Assembly (NCBI GenBank): GCA_964016885.1
Contig: OZ024742.1
Coordinates: 245,520,001-245,584,000 of the forward strand
Reading direction: 5' to 3'
Length of the DNA stretch: 64,000 nucleotides
Source: Eledone cirrhosa
Lineage: Eukaryota
A program made the translations under genes and the position numbers. The notes under the pieces are model-generated. The model was not told the DNA's origin. It made no database searches and worked only from the letters and a program-made list of their open reading frames with translations. Below are positions 28,349 to 42,085 of the stretch, in pieces (position 1 is the first letter of the stretch; every line of letters begins with the position of its first letter).

Positions 28349-31313
28349 TCATTTCATTTCATTTGAGTTTGAGTCCATGCTCAGGCCAAGTCGAAGACCT
28401 CCACCCTCAGAGTCTGGTGTGGTTGCCAGGTTGGATTCTCTGTTTAATTTTGACATGTGTAAGAGCGAGTTTGAGTCAGTTTGTGTTTGTTGTGTATATC
28501 CTGGGAGATGGGGTTCATCTCTAATGGTGCTTAAGTATCTATCCAGCTGCAATTTGAATGATTCCACACTGCATCCTGATAGATTTCTGACATGTACCGG
28601 AATGGAGTTGAATAGTTGTGCCCCTCGAACCAACAGACTTGACTCTCGCAGGGTTTTTGCTGCCTGGCCAGCCCTTTTGTTGATTGGTGGTAGCTGGCAG
28701 CGTCTTCTGTGGCGCAGTGAGTGGTAGGTTTTGATACCAAAGTTTGGCACCTTTTGCTCTATCATTTTCCAAATGTATATAATTCGGTATCGCTCAAATC
28801 TTCTTTCTATTGAGTACATCTTCAAGGTTTTGAGTCTTTGCCAATAGTCCAGGTCCCTCATTTCTGAGAAGTATGAGATAAAATTTCTTTGGAGCGATTC
28901 CATCTTAGATAGTTGGCCCTTTGTTGTTGGTGACCACAACTGAGAACAGTAGTCAATCCACGGAAGTACCATACTGTTCCAGAGGGTTTTCATTGTTGAG
29001 GTATCTCTTGATTTGAAGGTGCGCAAGATCCACCCGTTGAACTTTCTTGTAGTAAGACAGACTGAGTCAAGGTGTTCTTTGAATTTTAGGCTGGTTCCCA
29101 TGTGGATGCCTAAATCTTTCACACACTGTTTTTCCATTATTTGTTGTCCTGATGGGTTTCTGTAGTTTGTTGTATTTTTCAGATCTTTATCTGTTCCGTA
29201 GCGAATTAGTTCAAACTTCTTATCATTGAACAACATGTTGTTTGTTTCCTGCCATTTGTATATGGTGGTTAGGTCCTTTTGTAAGGCCTCTGTATCCACC
29301 TCGTCTTTGATTTGTCTCATGACCCTGGTGTCATCAGCAAAGGATGAGACGTTGCTGGTTGTATCTTCATCTATGTCAGAGATGAGGATGAGAAACAGGA
29401 TCGAGCCGAGTACTGTACCCTGAGGAACACTGCTGGTCACAGGTGATGGTGTTGAATGGGTTCCATTCACAGTGACTGTTTGAGTTCTATTTGTAAGGAA
29501 CTCATGTATCCATGTACCAACTTTTCCTCCTACTCCTAGCTTTCGAAGTTTGTGTCCCAGGATGCCATGATCTACCTTGTCAAATGCCTTGGCAAAGTCG
29601 AGGTAAATAACATCTGTGTTGTATCCATTCTCTAGATTTTCTAGGATTTGGTCATGGTGTGCCAGTAGTTGCGAAAGACATGATCTACCTAACCTGAATC
29701 CATGCCGATTGCAATTCATCAGATTGTTGGATTCCAGGAACTCAACCAGTTTTCCACGAACTATTCTTTCGAAGACCTTGATAATGTGTGATGTCAGTGA
29801 GATTGGTCGGTAGTTCTTTGGTTTTGATTTGCTGTCCCCTTTATGTATTGGAGTTATGTGTGCTTCTTTATATGTATTTGGTATTTTGCCATTCTCCATA
29901 GATTCCTTCCATATCATGTAAAGGGGTTTCAACAATTGTACCTTGCAGTTTTTAAGTATCATGGCATTGAAACCATCAGACCCCCGCAGCCGAGTGCATG
30001 GAGAGCTTGTCTATGGCTCTTTCTATGTCTTCTGGGTTGAAATCAATGTCGGATAGGGTAGGTTTAGTATGGTCGATATCCTTGAAGAATTCTCCTGGGT
30101 CATGGATCTTCATGGTTTTAGATGGCTCACTGAAGACACTTTCATACTGTTGACCCAACATTTCTGCCATTTCAATAGGGTTATTCACTACATCCCCATT
30201 TTGTCTCTGGAGAGGTCCTATTGTTGACTTGGTATTCGAGTATTTCTTTGCAAAACTGTAGAAACATTTTGGATTTTTCTTGATGTTTTCTATGGCTCTC
30301 TTTTCTGCATTGTTACGTTCTTCATCATAGTGTTGTTTTAGATTGTCTTCTAATCTGTATATTTGGTCAAGGACTTTCTGTAGTTCATGTTTTGATGTCA
30401 GCTTAGATGTTTTGTTTCTTAGTCTTGACCTTTTGCGCATCAGGATCTTTCGCTCCCGTGGTACAGGTTTTTTTATGGATTTGGTTTTCTTAAGAGGAAT
30501 ATTTTTTGCACATATTTCTTCGATCTTGTTTAAGAATTTCTTGTGTTTATCTGGCCCAGTAAGGTAGAGATCCCAGTCAATGATTTGTAACTGGTTATTA
30601 ATAGTTTCCCAATTTGCCTGGTGATAATCATACCTGCATAGCTTTGGCATGTCCTTTTGTTTAAGAGTTGTGGCATTGGGCTAATTACCAATGTGTAAAT
30701 GCATTTCAATAATATTGTGGTCTGAAAGGATTGTTGGGGTTGAGTGAAGGTCAAATAGCATGTCCTCGTTGTTGGTGAAAACCAAGTCGATCGTATTATT
30801 ATTTTTAGTTGCTTCTGTCATCATTTGTTTGAGGTATAATTTCTCTGTGACTTCCAACAGTTTGGCTGCCTGTATTTGTTCAGCTTTTGTCCCCAGTTTT
30901 AGTATGTGTCCATGTGGCCAGATGATGTTAGGGAAGTTGAAGTCACCAAGGAGGATAATGTCTGGCATTGGACTCGCCATGTTTCCCAGAATTTGTTGGA
31001 GCTTTGTCAGTGGCTCAGTGAAGGATAATGTTGGGCTGTTTGGCGGTCTGTACATTATTGTTACAACTGTATTAAGTTGGATGATTTTTATGCACAGCAG
31101 GTTGCAGTAGGCATTTGATTCATTGACAAGTTCTATGCATGCATAGGTATCATGGATATACATGATCACGCCCCCATGGGATCTGCCTTGTCTATCACAT
31201 CTGAAGATGTTGAATCCATTGATTGAGATTTCGCTGTTGCGGATGTTTTCGTTGAGATGACTTTCAGTAATTCCAATTATTTTGGAGTTGTTTTCTGTTG
31301 CTAATTCTTCCAA
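28349..31313 (-). pseudogene. CR1 ORF2 (APE endonuclease + reverse transcriptase), disrupted
   Basis: ITESHL, YRPP, GDFN, SDH (APE); NYRPISL, YLDFAKAFD, VPQG, FADD, KDLG (RT). In-frame stop at 30681-30683 and a frameshift at SAAG-PDG near 29980. Confidence 0.92.
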
Positions 31314-31369
31314 GAAAGGGACTTTACAATGTTTTTTTTTCGGATAAAGACCCTGGATATTTGCTGTTA

Positions 31370-32728
31370 TTATGCTTGTTGTACCGGATACATCTGCCCT
31401 ATTGTTGGCAAGACTGTTGTAGTTGCTGGGACTGTGCTGACTGGATATTCGGTCTGCTGGGCTGTCTGTATTTGTTGTATGTGCCCTGTAAGTCCAGGTG
31501 TCAGCCTTTGTATCAATGTTGCCTGGTTTTGCTGAGTCATCTGTATGGAGTACAGCTGTTGTTGTAGTTGGTAGATTATGCCTAAAAAAGTGCTTTCATT
31601 CATTACTGTATCGAATTTCTGCGAGTTTGGGTTCGTTACAGCTGATGTGTGCAATTAAGTAGCATGATTTTCATTCACTGTTGAGCCATGTCCTGGTTTC
31701 TGCATTTTTGGGAAATGGTTTTCATACCCTGCTGAGCTTGGTCCTGGTGGTGTGCGTTCAGTAGTTTTTATGCGAATTGTACCCTTCCGGTGCATAAATT
31801 TGCAATTCTCGTCAAAACATTCTTTTTTTCTCAGCGAATTGCGGCACATCTTTGGGTGAAGGAGTTCACATTCTCGGCCATTTTGGCATCCTTTTTTTCG
31901 ATCAGTACCGAAGTTGATATATGGTTTGCATGGTTTGGGGTGACTGTACGTGCACCCTTTACCTGAAAGACCATGTTTGCACTTGTTGCTCCTGTAATGG
32001 ATACATAGTGGCCTTTCTTCATTTGAGCGTTTGCTCTGAATCTGTTTCTTTTCGTGGGAAGTTTGGTCTTTTTCTGCAGGATCTCCTGTTTCTTGTTTTG
32101 TAGGTGTTTGCATGTCATTGTCTTCATTCTTGTCATTTACAAGAGGCACTTGGATGGCCTGTGTGTGGCAGGATTTATTTGCCATGTCAGTTTCGCCAAT
32201 CAATGTCTGTTTAGAACGGCCTGTCTGTGGTAGGGTCCTAGGGTCATTCGTTATTGTGGCCCTTGGTGAACAATAACCGCATAGCCAGTGTAGGCCTAGA
32301 ATATCTGGAATGGTGTGGTTATTTATCTTTTTTAAGTAGCACGCTTCGTGTATTCCTTGTCCACAGATGAAGCATGCCAAAGCTGGTTTTTGGCCAAATG
32401 TAATGCAGTACTGTTTGTCACACATTTTGCAAGTCTCCGGGAGGAAGTTTTCAATCCTTGTTATAATCCAGTTGGTGAGGTTTGATTTTGTGAGCTCAAC
32501 TTGAACACCATCATTCAAGAAAGCTGCTGCTTTCTTTAACATCGTAAACTTACAGTTTGTGAAAATATTTTTGTATATTGCTCCACTTTCCTGTTTGATA
32601 TCATATTTCGACAAGACACTTTTTATATCTTGATTTTGTGTTGATGAGATGACTTTCAATATGATGTCTGTGGCCAGGCAAGTGTTGCTCTCTGAGCTGG
32701 CAGTCCGGGGATTTCCGTTACCCGTCAT
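31370..32728 (-). pseudogene. CR1 ORF1 with PHD finger and three CCCH-type fingers
   Basis: CKMC..CFICGQGIHEAC..WLCGYC, then CIHYRSNKC..CTYSHP, CKPY..C..C..LHP and CRNS..C..C.FMH. One in-frame stop at 31655-31657 before a Q-rich tail. Confidence 0.85.
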
Positions 32729-32999
32729 CGTTTATGTGGGCGGTGGATTGTGAATAGCTTGAGATTTAGAATTGTTTGACTTGAATGAAAATAAATAGCT
32801 GACCGAAACTACATCTCTCGCCTTGCTCGTTCTTTCAACTTGTGCTTTCGTCTGTTCATCCTTACCATATGAGACAACAGTCCTTTTAAGGGCTACCCTC
32901 AGATCTGATCAGACCGTATACGATAACAGTCCTTTTAAGGGCTATTCTCGGATCTGATCAGAAGTAGTGACCAAGACTGACTAACCACGTCGCTACAAT

Positions 33000-33017
33000 T
33001 GGTGACTCCGACGTGAT
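33000..33017 (+). promoter_or_regulatory. Primer-binding site complementary to tRNA-Trp 3' end
   Basis: TGGTGACTCCGACGTGAT starts 2 nt after the LTR end. One mismatch to the recalled tRNA-Trp complement TGGTGACCCCGACGTGAT. Confidence 0.8.
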
Positions 33018-33057
33018 TCGAATACGCAACCAGACAGCAGTCTAAGAAGATACCAAC

Positions 33058-35176
33058 ATGGACATGTCACAACCAATGACAGAGGCCGAGATTTAAGAGC
33101 TGCGGGCTATGATCAGAGAGTGGGCTGGTCAAATTAAAGCCCTCTCAAACCAATTAGAGAACCTGACCTTTCAAACACACCGGCGACGCAGCAACAGTCG
33201 ATCCAGGCCCTTTCACCGTCGAAGATCCAGAAGTCCCAGTCAAAATCGTGTGTCTGGCAACCTCTGCTGGTATCACAAAGAATTCGACGCACAGGCATTT
33301 AAGTGTAGGGCCCCGTGTTCTTTCCAGAATACCACCCAGGGAAACGGGCAGACCAGGGCCTAGCGACGATCACCCCTGGTACTGAGAAGAAAAGTCGTCT
33401 ATTTTTTATCAATGACCAAGTGACAGGCATCCGTTACCTCGTGGATACAGGTGCCGAGGTTAGTATCATTCCTGTTTCACTAGTCTCGTGCAAAAGACAT
33501 CCAACGCCGTTCTTTCTGCAGGCAGTGAACCAATCGTCAATTCCGACTTTCGGGGAGAAATCATTGACCCTCAATTTAGGCCTGAGGTGTCGTTTTCAAT
33601 GGGTGTTCGTCGTGGCAGACCTGCCGACCCCTATCTTAGGAGCTGATTTTCTTCAGCACTTCAACATTCTGGTGGACATGAAGAACCGGAGGCTTATTGA
33701 CACCACCACAAACCTCACTGTGAGAGGTATATTTACCACGCAATCCACAGTGTGTCCTGTAATTTGCCAGTCAGAGCCTTCGCGTTACAACGGCATTCTC
33801 CAGAAATACCCAGACATCACTCGCCCAGTATTTAAGGATGGACCTATTAAGCATAGTGTCACACACCACATCGAGACAAGAGGACCACCCACAGCTGCCT
33901 GACCAAGGAGACTGCCTCCAGACCAATTGATAATCGCCAAACCGGAGTTTCAACACATGCTGGACCTCGGAATCATTCGCCCTTCCTCCAGCAACTGGTC
34001 TACACCCCTACACCTTGTTCCTAAAAAAACAGAGAATGATTGGCAACCATGTGGGTATTATCGTGCACTCAACAATTCTACAGTACCTGATAATTACCCT
34101 GTACCTCACTTGCACGACTTTTCTGCCTCTCTGCAAGGCGCACGCATCTTTTCCAAGATAGATTTGGTACGAGCATATAACCAGATACCTATGGAGACTG
34201 CAGATATTCCGAAGACTGCAATCACAACACCGTTCGGTTTATTTGAATTCCTGCGAATGCCATTCGGTCTGACTCCTGACGGACCTTCTTCGCAACCGGA
34301 CTCGCAAAAACGAAGAGATCACTCTAAACGAGGAAGAATTAACATCTTTTAACCGCCTGAAGGAAATGTTGGCAAACGCTTCCATGCTCGTTTTCCCCAG
34401 ATCTGGTGCTCCTCTTTCGCTGTTAGTGGATGCATCAAACACAGGGGTTGGAGGCGTTTTACAACAACATGTTTTCATCATGTTTTCATCATGTGCATAT
34501 CGACATCGTTGGACCTCTACCACCATCACAGAACTGTACACACTTGTTCACCTGCATAGATCGATTTTCCCGTTGGCCTGAGGCTTTTCCCATAAGTGAT
34601 ACCTCAGCGGAAACAGTTGCTAAAACTTTGGTTTTACACTGGGTATCACGTTATGGCGCCCCAGCAAAGATAACAATGGATAGAGGACGCCAGTTTGACT
34701 CCCACCTCTTCAGGGAACTGACTCACCTGTTAAGGTGTAAACACATCCGCACGATAGCTTATCACCCGCAAGCTAATGGTCTCATAGAAAGATTCCATCG
34801 CCAATTGAAAGCCGCAATAAAAGCATATCCAGACAAGACCCACTGGTTTGAATACCTGCCACTCATCCTTCTGGGCATTCGATCCACCATTAAGGAGGAA
34901 TTCGGACACACACCTGCAGAATTAGTGTACGGTACCACCCTGGTTCTACCTGGTCAGATGGTTGCTCCCATCTCTCCTCAGGATGTCCCAGACCAGGATC
35001 ATATGTACACCGTCTTCCACAATATATGTCTCACCTTGCTCCTGCAAGCACCCGTCTACAGAACACGGCCACACACGTACCTTCAGACATTAAAGATTGG
35101 ACACACGTTTTCGTTCGAAACGACACCACCTCAGCTCATCTTTGACCTCCATATTCTGGCCCTTATCGCGTTCTAA
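33058..35176 (+). pseudogene. Gypsy gag-pol remnant
   Basis: Gag C-terminal knuckle CWYHKEFDAQAFKCRAPC; protease LVDTGA; RT N-half to RMPFGL (no YxDD); RNase H start [13 protein letters not shown]; integrase [30 protein letters not shown]. Confidence 0.9.
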
Positions 35177-36313
35177 AAAAATATCCGAAATATTTTATTC
35201 TCGATCTAGATGTCAGCGTGGACAGATTAAAATAAGCCATCATGGATACTGTTACAATCTCTACACCAGAAACTCAAACAGATTGCTGTCCCAGCAAGCC
35301 ACCTGTTTCATCTCCAGTCACGAGAAGTGGATGACGTGTCCATTGGCCCGCCAAGTTGGCACAATATGTGAATTACCGTTAACCTTAAGTGAGTTTCTTA
35401 ATCATTCTTCTTGCAAAACATTCCTACTTCCCTTGTGTTTACTATTTCCAGTTTCAAATACAATGAACTTTCTGCTTGAACAATTGCAATTTTTAGTGAC
35501 CATGTGCTCATGTCACGAAGAACATTATTTATTATGAACATTATCTATTACAAACACTATTTAAGAACAAACATTGTGTATAACATTGTGTATAACATTT
35601 TTTTGTTCTTCTCTCTCTTGCTTTGCAAACATTTTTTATTTTTCTTGTTCTGCAACATTAATTGTGTAATTGCCATAATTTTTATATACATACAAGGCGT
35701 GTACATATTCTGTTTTTCATACACACTACACAACCACGTTTGTTTGACCTTTGGTTCATACACTGAGCAATAGATATTTTTGTCCCTCTAACTCTTACAC
35801 TACAAAATGTTTTCTCTTTGATCACGTATTTCACAAATCGCATCCTCAAAACACTGGCCTTCTTTTTTCACGTACACATTCACTCAATAGCTCGAGAATG
35901 CCTCGCTATATTTTACCACATGCATTCACTCAAGTCATATGCTTTGGAGCAAACTGTTACTTTTAGGCAGCATGCTTACGGCCATTCAGTTCACACATTA
36001 CGGTTATTTTCACTGCCCTGTTAGACTTTTTGTCACGCAATTCACAGGCAGCTCAACCCAAATTGCAACAGGCTCATTCATCACACCTGCATAAATCTGG
36101 TCAAAGTCATTTTATAGTTTATTTCATTTTTCTCTTCCTGACACACACATCTTGCCATATCATCTCTACATTGACTCTGTCCTATACTCGATGATCACCA
36201 AACTTCACGTGCTGGACACTCCTTGGGCCATCGTCATGACAAATGCACCACTGGCTCATTACTATATGATATTTCGCTCTTTTGTTGTACAAAAGATCTA
36301 GCAGGGGGATAAC

Positions 36314-36885
36314 TGGACACACTCAACATTTGCTCCTTCATTATGCTGCTGCCACAACAAAAAATCACTAAGTTCACCCTGTATGGTGATCTGGTGACAA
36401 TGTACAGCCACTGGAAATAACATCTGTGAAATAAACAGCTCCATCTATCTGCTTAGCTAGCTACCTCACCGTGAAACAAACAACTCTTAAAACCACCAAA
36501 ATAAAACGCCTACGCAGCGACTAAACATCAAACGATTATTTTTGTATAAATAGAGTGGTTCCAAACACTTTCGCCAGTCAACCTTTGGCAGAGTCAACTC
36601 GCGTATCGTTGTTCGTCTCCTCTGCCACGCTTGTCACTCACACACGCCTTGTACCTCTGTAGCGTTGCTTCATCTGAAAATAAATAGCTGATCGAAACTA
36701 CATCTCTCGCCTTGCTCGTCCTTTCAACTTGTGCTTTCGTCTGTTTATCCTTACCGTATGAGACAACAGTCCTTTTAAGGGCTACCCTCAGATTCGATCA
36801 GACCGTATGCGATAGCAGTCCTTTTAAGGGCTATTCTCGGATCTGATCAGAAGTAGTGACCAGACAGACTAACCACGTCGCTACA
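36314..36885 (+). repeat. 3' LTR (572 bp)
   Basis: Direct repeat of the split 5' LTR with scattered substitutions; TG...CA termini. Confidence 0.93.
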
Positions 36886-37221
36886 ACAACAACAAAATCA
36901 CCAAGTTCATCCTGTAAGGTGGTCGTGTTGATAACACAAGAAAAAAATCACGCAGTCCACGCTGTTAGATGGTCGTTTTGGTGCCACGACAAAAAGCACC
37001 CAGTACACACTGTAACGCGGTTGGCATTAGGAAGGGCATCTAGCCAGAGAAATCGAGCCAAAATACAGATCTACATGAGCAAAACATGGTCACCTGAACT
37101 GACTTGTTTCATAACGTGACAACCCATGCAAGCGTGGGAAAATAAATGTTAAATGAATTCGATGACACACACACAAACACGTACGTACGTGTTTGTGTGT
37201 ACGTACGTACGTATGTATGTA

Positions 37222-37420
37222 TGCACTTGTCGTCACATGGTACCATGGGCCCAGCACTATATGTCAATAATTGTCACAAGTGTAGTGTTTGTACCAGAGT
37301 TTTCAAGTCGCTGGCTGGACTAAAAAGCCACACTCGTTCAGCGCATCGGTAGGGTTTCTCCTACATGGATATAAAGTAGTGGCCGTACTCGAAAACGAAT
37401 TGGCAGCCACCATGTATGTA
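37222..37420 (+). mobile_element. 5'-truncated copy 3 of the bipartite RTE derivative
   Basis: Matches about 8372-8570 (CSVCTRVFKSLAGLKSHTRSAHR*). Preceded and followed by (ATGT). Confidence 0.85.
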
Positions 37421-37804
37421 TTAAACAACCAAGCATCTCGTTGTCAACAAAAACTCATCGTTAACCAAAAGCAAAATTAACTATCGTCTGCTTTTCGTAT
37501 ACCGTTATGCAAAGTTAGGTCTGAATAAGTATTTGTTGTTAATGTACGTACACTAATAACTCCGTGTATATTAGGTTAAAATCGGGTAAGCTTAAATATA
37601 TAAAATCATATTATAACCGAAATAACTAATTAAAGTGAAAAATGAAATCCATGAATGAATTCGAAAATAATTTACTAAAGATTAGCTCTGTTTATAAGAA
37701 AGGAAATGGAGGGAAAAACTTAATGTTTTGATTGTGAGGGAAACGTCCGGCGGATTGTAAAGTTTTTTTTTATTAATTTTTTTTCATTTAATTTATTTTA
37801 AAAT

Positions 37805-37827
37805 ATGTTAGAGAAACGATCATGTCG
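37805..37827 (+). CDS. RAD51AP1: RAD51AP1-like exon 1 (MLEKRSC-R)
   Basis: ATG TTA GAG AAA CGA TCA TGT CG|GTAAGC. Phase 2 fits exon 2, giving MLEKRSCRRTAVSYASAF, similar to RAD51AP1/NUCKS N-termini. Confidence 0.65.
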
Positions 37828-40800
37828 GTAAGCAACATTGAGAATTAATTTTAATAGTAAATTGAATGATTTGGTATTTTTTCTTCCTTAGGTCAATGTT
37901 TGTAAAAAAATATGATTTGTCTATCTTTTTTCGTCTATGTGGTTAGTTTGCTTCGTTATAAACACAATTTCACATTGCTTCATTTGATCGTATTTTAAAT
38001 TAAATTATCTATTTATCTATTAGTACAACATATTATTTACATGTATTTATTTGTCTATTTAAAAAAGAAACGTTAATTATATCCCATGTTGTTAACCACT
38101 CATCATCAAAGCACTTATCATAAGCTTAATATTATGGAGTTGTATTTGACTGCCAAATAACGTGATCTGAAATTGTGTTTTGAAATTAAAGTAATTACAT
38201 CGTGGATGAATCCATTTAGCAATTTCAAACACGCATGGACAAAAAAAAAACTGTTAAATTCACTTTAAATTTATCATTTATTTCTTGGTGTCAGAATGTT
38301 CGTTACACTCTTTGATAACATGTCTAGAAGTATTTTCACTTTTCTTTTGATTATTATTCTTATTTAATCAAGTGAAGATGAAATGTTAATTATTTTTAAA
38401 GAATAATTAATCAAGATACTTGATGGAGGCTTTATAGTGTCTAGTTTGATAGCTTCAGATACCCCCTTGTTTCAACAATATTAGAAGTGATAAAAATGGG
38501 TCCACGCAAAAAAAAAATTCCACACAGTAAAAAATATTACATAATTTGAATATATAGCTTTGGTTTATTCTTTATCAGATAAATTGCATTTTATAATGTC
38601 AGCAATTAAAGACTATAAATTGAATTTTATTTGTTTTACTGTTGTATTTTCTTACTATATGGGTTTTTTGTCCAGTGGAGATTTCGTCGGGGTGAGGTAT
38701 TTGTCCGATGGGAACTTCGTCAGGGATTTTTGTCCGGTGGGGATTTTGATTTTTTCATCCTGTAGGAGTGGGGTATTTGTCCGTTTGCCGATAAAAATAA
38801 ATATGGTTTTAAATGAATGGTCGATTGGTCAGAGCACCGAACCTAAATAGCTTTTATTTCTCATATTGAAAGTTCAGTTCCAGCGTTTACTCCTCTGAGG
38901 TTAATAAAATAATTATCCAGTATGATTTAGTCAAGTAAATTGGTGGACATTTTTTCGTTTTAAGTAGACAGCTTTCCAGTCGTGGAAAAGAGATAACATG
39001 ATGTTCATGCATGTTGCGATAATTCCTTTTCCTTACCGTTTTTGAGCGCGCGCGCGCGCACACACACATTGATAATACATTCGTATAAATATTTATGTAA
39101 ATTTACCAATATATATGTATACACATTCACACACATATATATATATATATGTGTATGAAACAATAACAACGATAAGTTTGCCTCAACTACCCCCTCCCCT
39201 CCATTCCTCCCAGTAGGTTACCTGATTATAAGGGATCCTACCTGGTATCCACAATGTGATGACTGGAAGGACTTACAAGCCATGTTATGCAATGTGCCAA
39301 GTAGCAGGGGAAACAACTCGTCATCATTGCATTATTTACGAACGTAAAACATGACTTTACCTTTAATGCAATTTATAAAAATAAAAGCATATATTAATCT
39401 ATATACAATATATATTTATGTATAATAAGCGTAGATTTAGTTTCGCTAATCGTAGAGACATTGAAATGCACCTGCCACTCTACTCTGACTGCTGAAGTAT
39501 CTGCAATATATTTGCAGTTTAAATACTCACAACAGGACTTTGTTTATTTTCCGTAAAATTTTGTCCGAGGCCCACATGAGTCACATATTGTGGTCTGTGG
39601 GCCACAAGCGACAACTAATTGCGCACATTACAACTAATTTTTATTTTATTTTATATTGCGAAGATAAAACATGCTCGTGCTGTAAAAAACCTTTGTGCGG
39701 GCCACAGATGTGCTTCTAAAGATCCACATGTTTGACATGCCTGGTCTATAGGTTTACTATACTATTGTATTATTAATCACGCTCTGTGTTCAAATCCCGC
39801 CGAGGTTAACTTTGCCTTTCATCCTTACGGGGTCGATAAAATAAAGTACCAATAATGCACTGGGTAATTGCTGGCCTTGTGCCAAAAAGTAGAAACAATT
39901 ATTAATCATGATGTAGTAGTGTTGTTAATTTGTGAGAATTAAAGTTAGTAAATGCACATGTACAAAAACCAACGTAACAAACCACCAAGTATTTGCTTTG
40001 AAAATGTTCTGTTTTGAACTGTATTTCTAAAGAAAAATCTAAATGTAAGGTTGTCTCTAATATTGCAGAGTGGTTAAGATGTTTGGTAGATGAAACGGTG
40101 CAGAAGCCTGTTGTATATGTGTATACTGTTGTATATGTGTATAAGGTATTCGGCTCATGTAGGGTCGTGAGTTCGATTCGCGGTGGGGCGTTTTGTCCTT
40201 GAGTAAGACACTATTTCACTGTTCTCCAGTCTATTTAGCTGGCAAAAATAAGTTGTACATGTAATTTGAAGGGCCAGCATCGTCACACTGTGTTACGCAA
40301 AATCTCCCAGAGATCTATGTTAAGAGTATACGTGTCTGTGGAATGCTCAGCCACTTGCACATTAATTTCACGAGCATGCTGATCGTATCAACTGGAACGT
40401 TCGTCGTCGTAACCGACGGAGTGGTAGTTGTATGCAGATACTAATGAACGTTTTAACTTATTGAGTCCAGGATTCGTACTCCTTGTATACCAGGATATAT
40501 GAATATCCATACAAACTGGGGAATTTGTGTCTTGATAAATTAACCGTTTGCATAAGAGAAACCCTATTGTTATGTTTATTACTGACACAAGCAATGACAT
40601 TTTAATAATTTGTTTCTAGGTTATAATTACATAAATGTTCAACATATATGTACAAATGACATAAAAGATCAGATGTATGTGTAACTTGAAGAAATACATA
40701 AGAAACATCATCATCATACAACCCCTGTTGCATGCTTGCATGGGTTGGACAGATGCTTCACAATACAGTATCTTTCCACTTGTCTCCTTCCTTCTTCATC

Positions 40801-42032
40801 TCTGTGAGATTCAGCAATCTGAGATCACTTCTCACCATTTCCATCCAGATCTTCCTCTACTGCAGCTTCCTTCCACTGGGATTACTTGACACTTCTTCAC
40901 GCAATGGTCATCATCCATGTATATCACATGTCCATACCAACTTAATCTTCTCTCTTTCACACTACTTCTGATTCCTCTTAAACACATTTTTTTCTCTCAG
41001 TTCATCCAAGCTTTGCCATTCTCTCACATCCATCAAAGCATGTTAGCTTCATTTCTTTCCAGCCTATGCATATCCTCTACAGCCACTGCTCATGTTTCAC
41101 TACCATGCAGCATCGCACTTCACATACAGGCGACTACAGCCGTCATTTTGTTCATAGGGCCTATCATTGGCTACAGAGGGAGTAGCTCTCTAAATTTCTT
41201 CTATCCTTATTCTAGCTTCTTCCACTGCTAATGAGGTCACCTAAATATCAGAAGCTATGAACCACTTCTATGGATCCTACATGTGATTGGAAAAAGTTTA
41301 TATCACTGACATTCTTACTATCAATTACCCCTGTACACACATACGATGATTTTCTCTCCTGTTAGTTTGCCTGCTATCCCATTACACCTCTTCTGTACCC
41401 AAGATTTGTATTGTATACATCATATAATTTGTACATATGATATTATATCATCAGATACCAATAGTTTCATAACCTAATGGAGCTTATATAATATGCAAGC
41501 ATTAACAATTAGTTGTCCTTCATGCTTACATCATACATAGCCAATGATGAAATATCGTGTGTACAAAGGATTTTCTCTACAAGTAAAAGGTAGATTGTAT
41601 GATGCCTGCGTGCAATGTTGCATGGCAGTGAAACATGGGCAGAAAATGCAGAGAATACATGGAGGGTTGAGAGAGAAATGAAGTGAACCTGCTCTGTTGG
41701 GTGTGTGGTGTTAGTGTGCTTGAATGATGGTTCGGATGAACTGAGAGAAAGGTTGAGTATAAGAGAAATCAGATGAAGTGTGCAACAGAAAAGATGTTGG
41801 TTTGGACATGTGATGAGTATTGATGATGGTCATCAGGTGATGCCAGTGGAAAAAAGCTGCAGAAGAGGAAGACCAAGGAAAACCTGGGCAGAGACTGATA
41901 GATAGAACCTCATGGATAGGCTGTACTGGAAAGGACATGTGGAGAAGCAGATTTTAAATGATGATGATATATCATCATCATCGTTTAACGTCTATCTTCC
42001 ACGCTAGCATATTTATATATTTTTACTTGAAG

Positions 42033-42085
42033 GAGAACTGCTGTTAGTTATGCCTCAGCATTTGGAAATGAAGATAGTGGTGATG
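42033..42085 (+). CDS. RAD51AP1: RAD51AP1-like exon 2
   Basis: ttttacttgaag|..RTAVSYASAFGNEDSGD..|gtaagt; compare vertebrate KPVNYSQFDHSDSD. Confidence 0.75.

Larger units (their letters stand above)
28341..32785 (-). mobile_element. Near full-length CR1-group LINE inserted in the Gypsy 5' LTR
   Basis: ORF1 + APE/RT ORF2 with (GAAAT)n tail. LTR sequence resumes on both sides (compare cttcatctgaaaataaat in the 3' LTR). No TSD visible. Confidence 0.93.
27979..36885 (+). mobile_element. Gypsy (Mag-like) LTR retrotransposon, internally deleted, 5' LTR interrupted by a LINE
   Basis: LTRs TG..CA at 27979-28339 + 32786-32997 and at 36314-36885. Flanks aaaac/acaac (5-bp TSD with 1 mismatch). PBS at 33000; purine tract agcaggggga just before the 3' LTR. 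Confidence 0.93.

Noticed and set aside
38660-38790. Short ggattttgtcc-like reiterations suggesting a DNA transposon end
   Set aside because: No convincing matching terminus or TSD was found by eye.
40620-40674. AG/GT-bounded segment that could supply a split AT|G start for RAD51AP1
   Set aside because: The exon at 37805 gives a better family-like N-terminus and donor. Including this 55-nt segment after it would break the frame.
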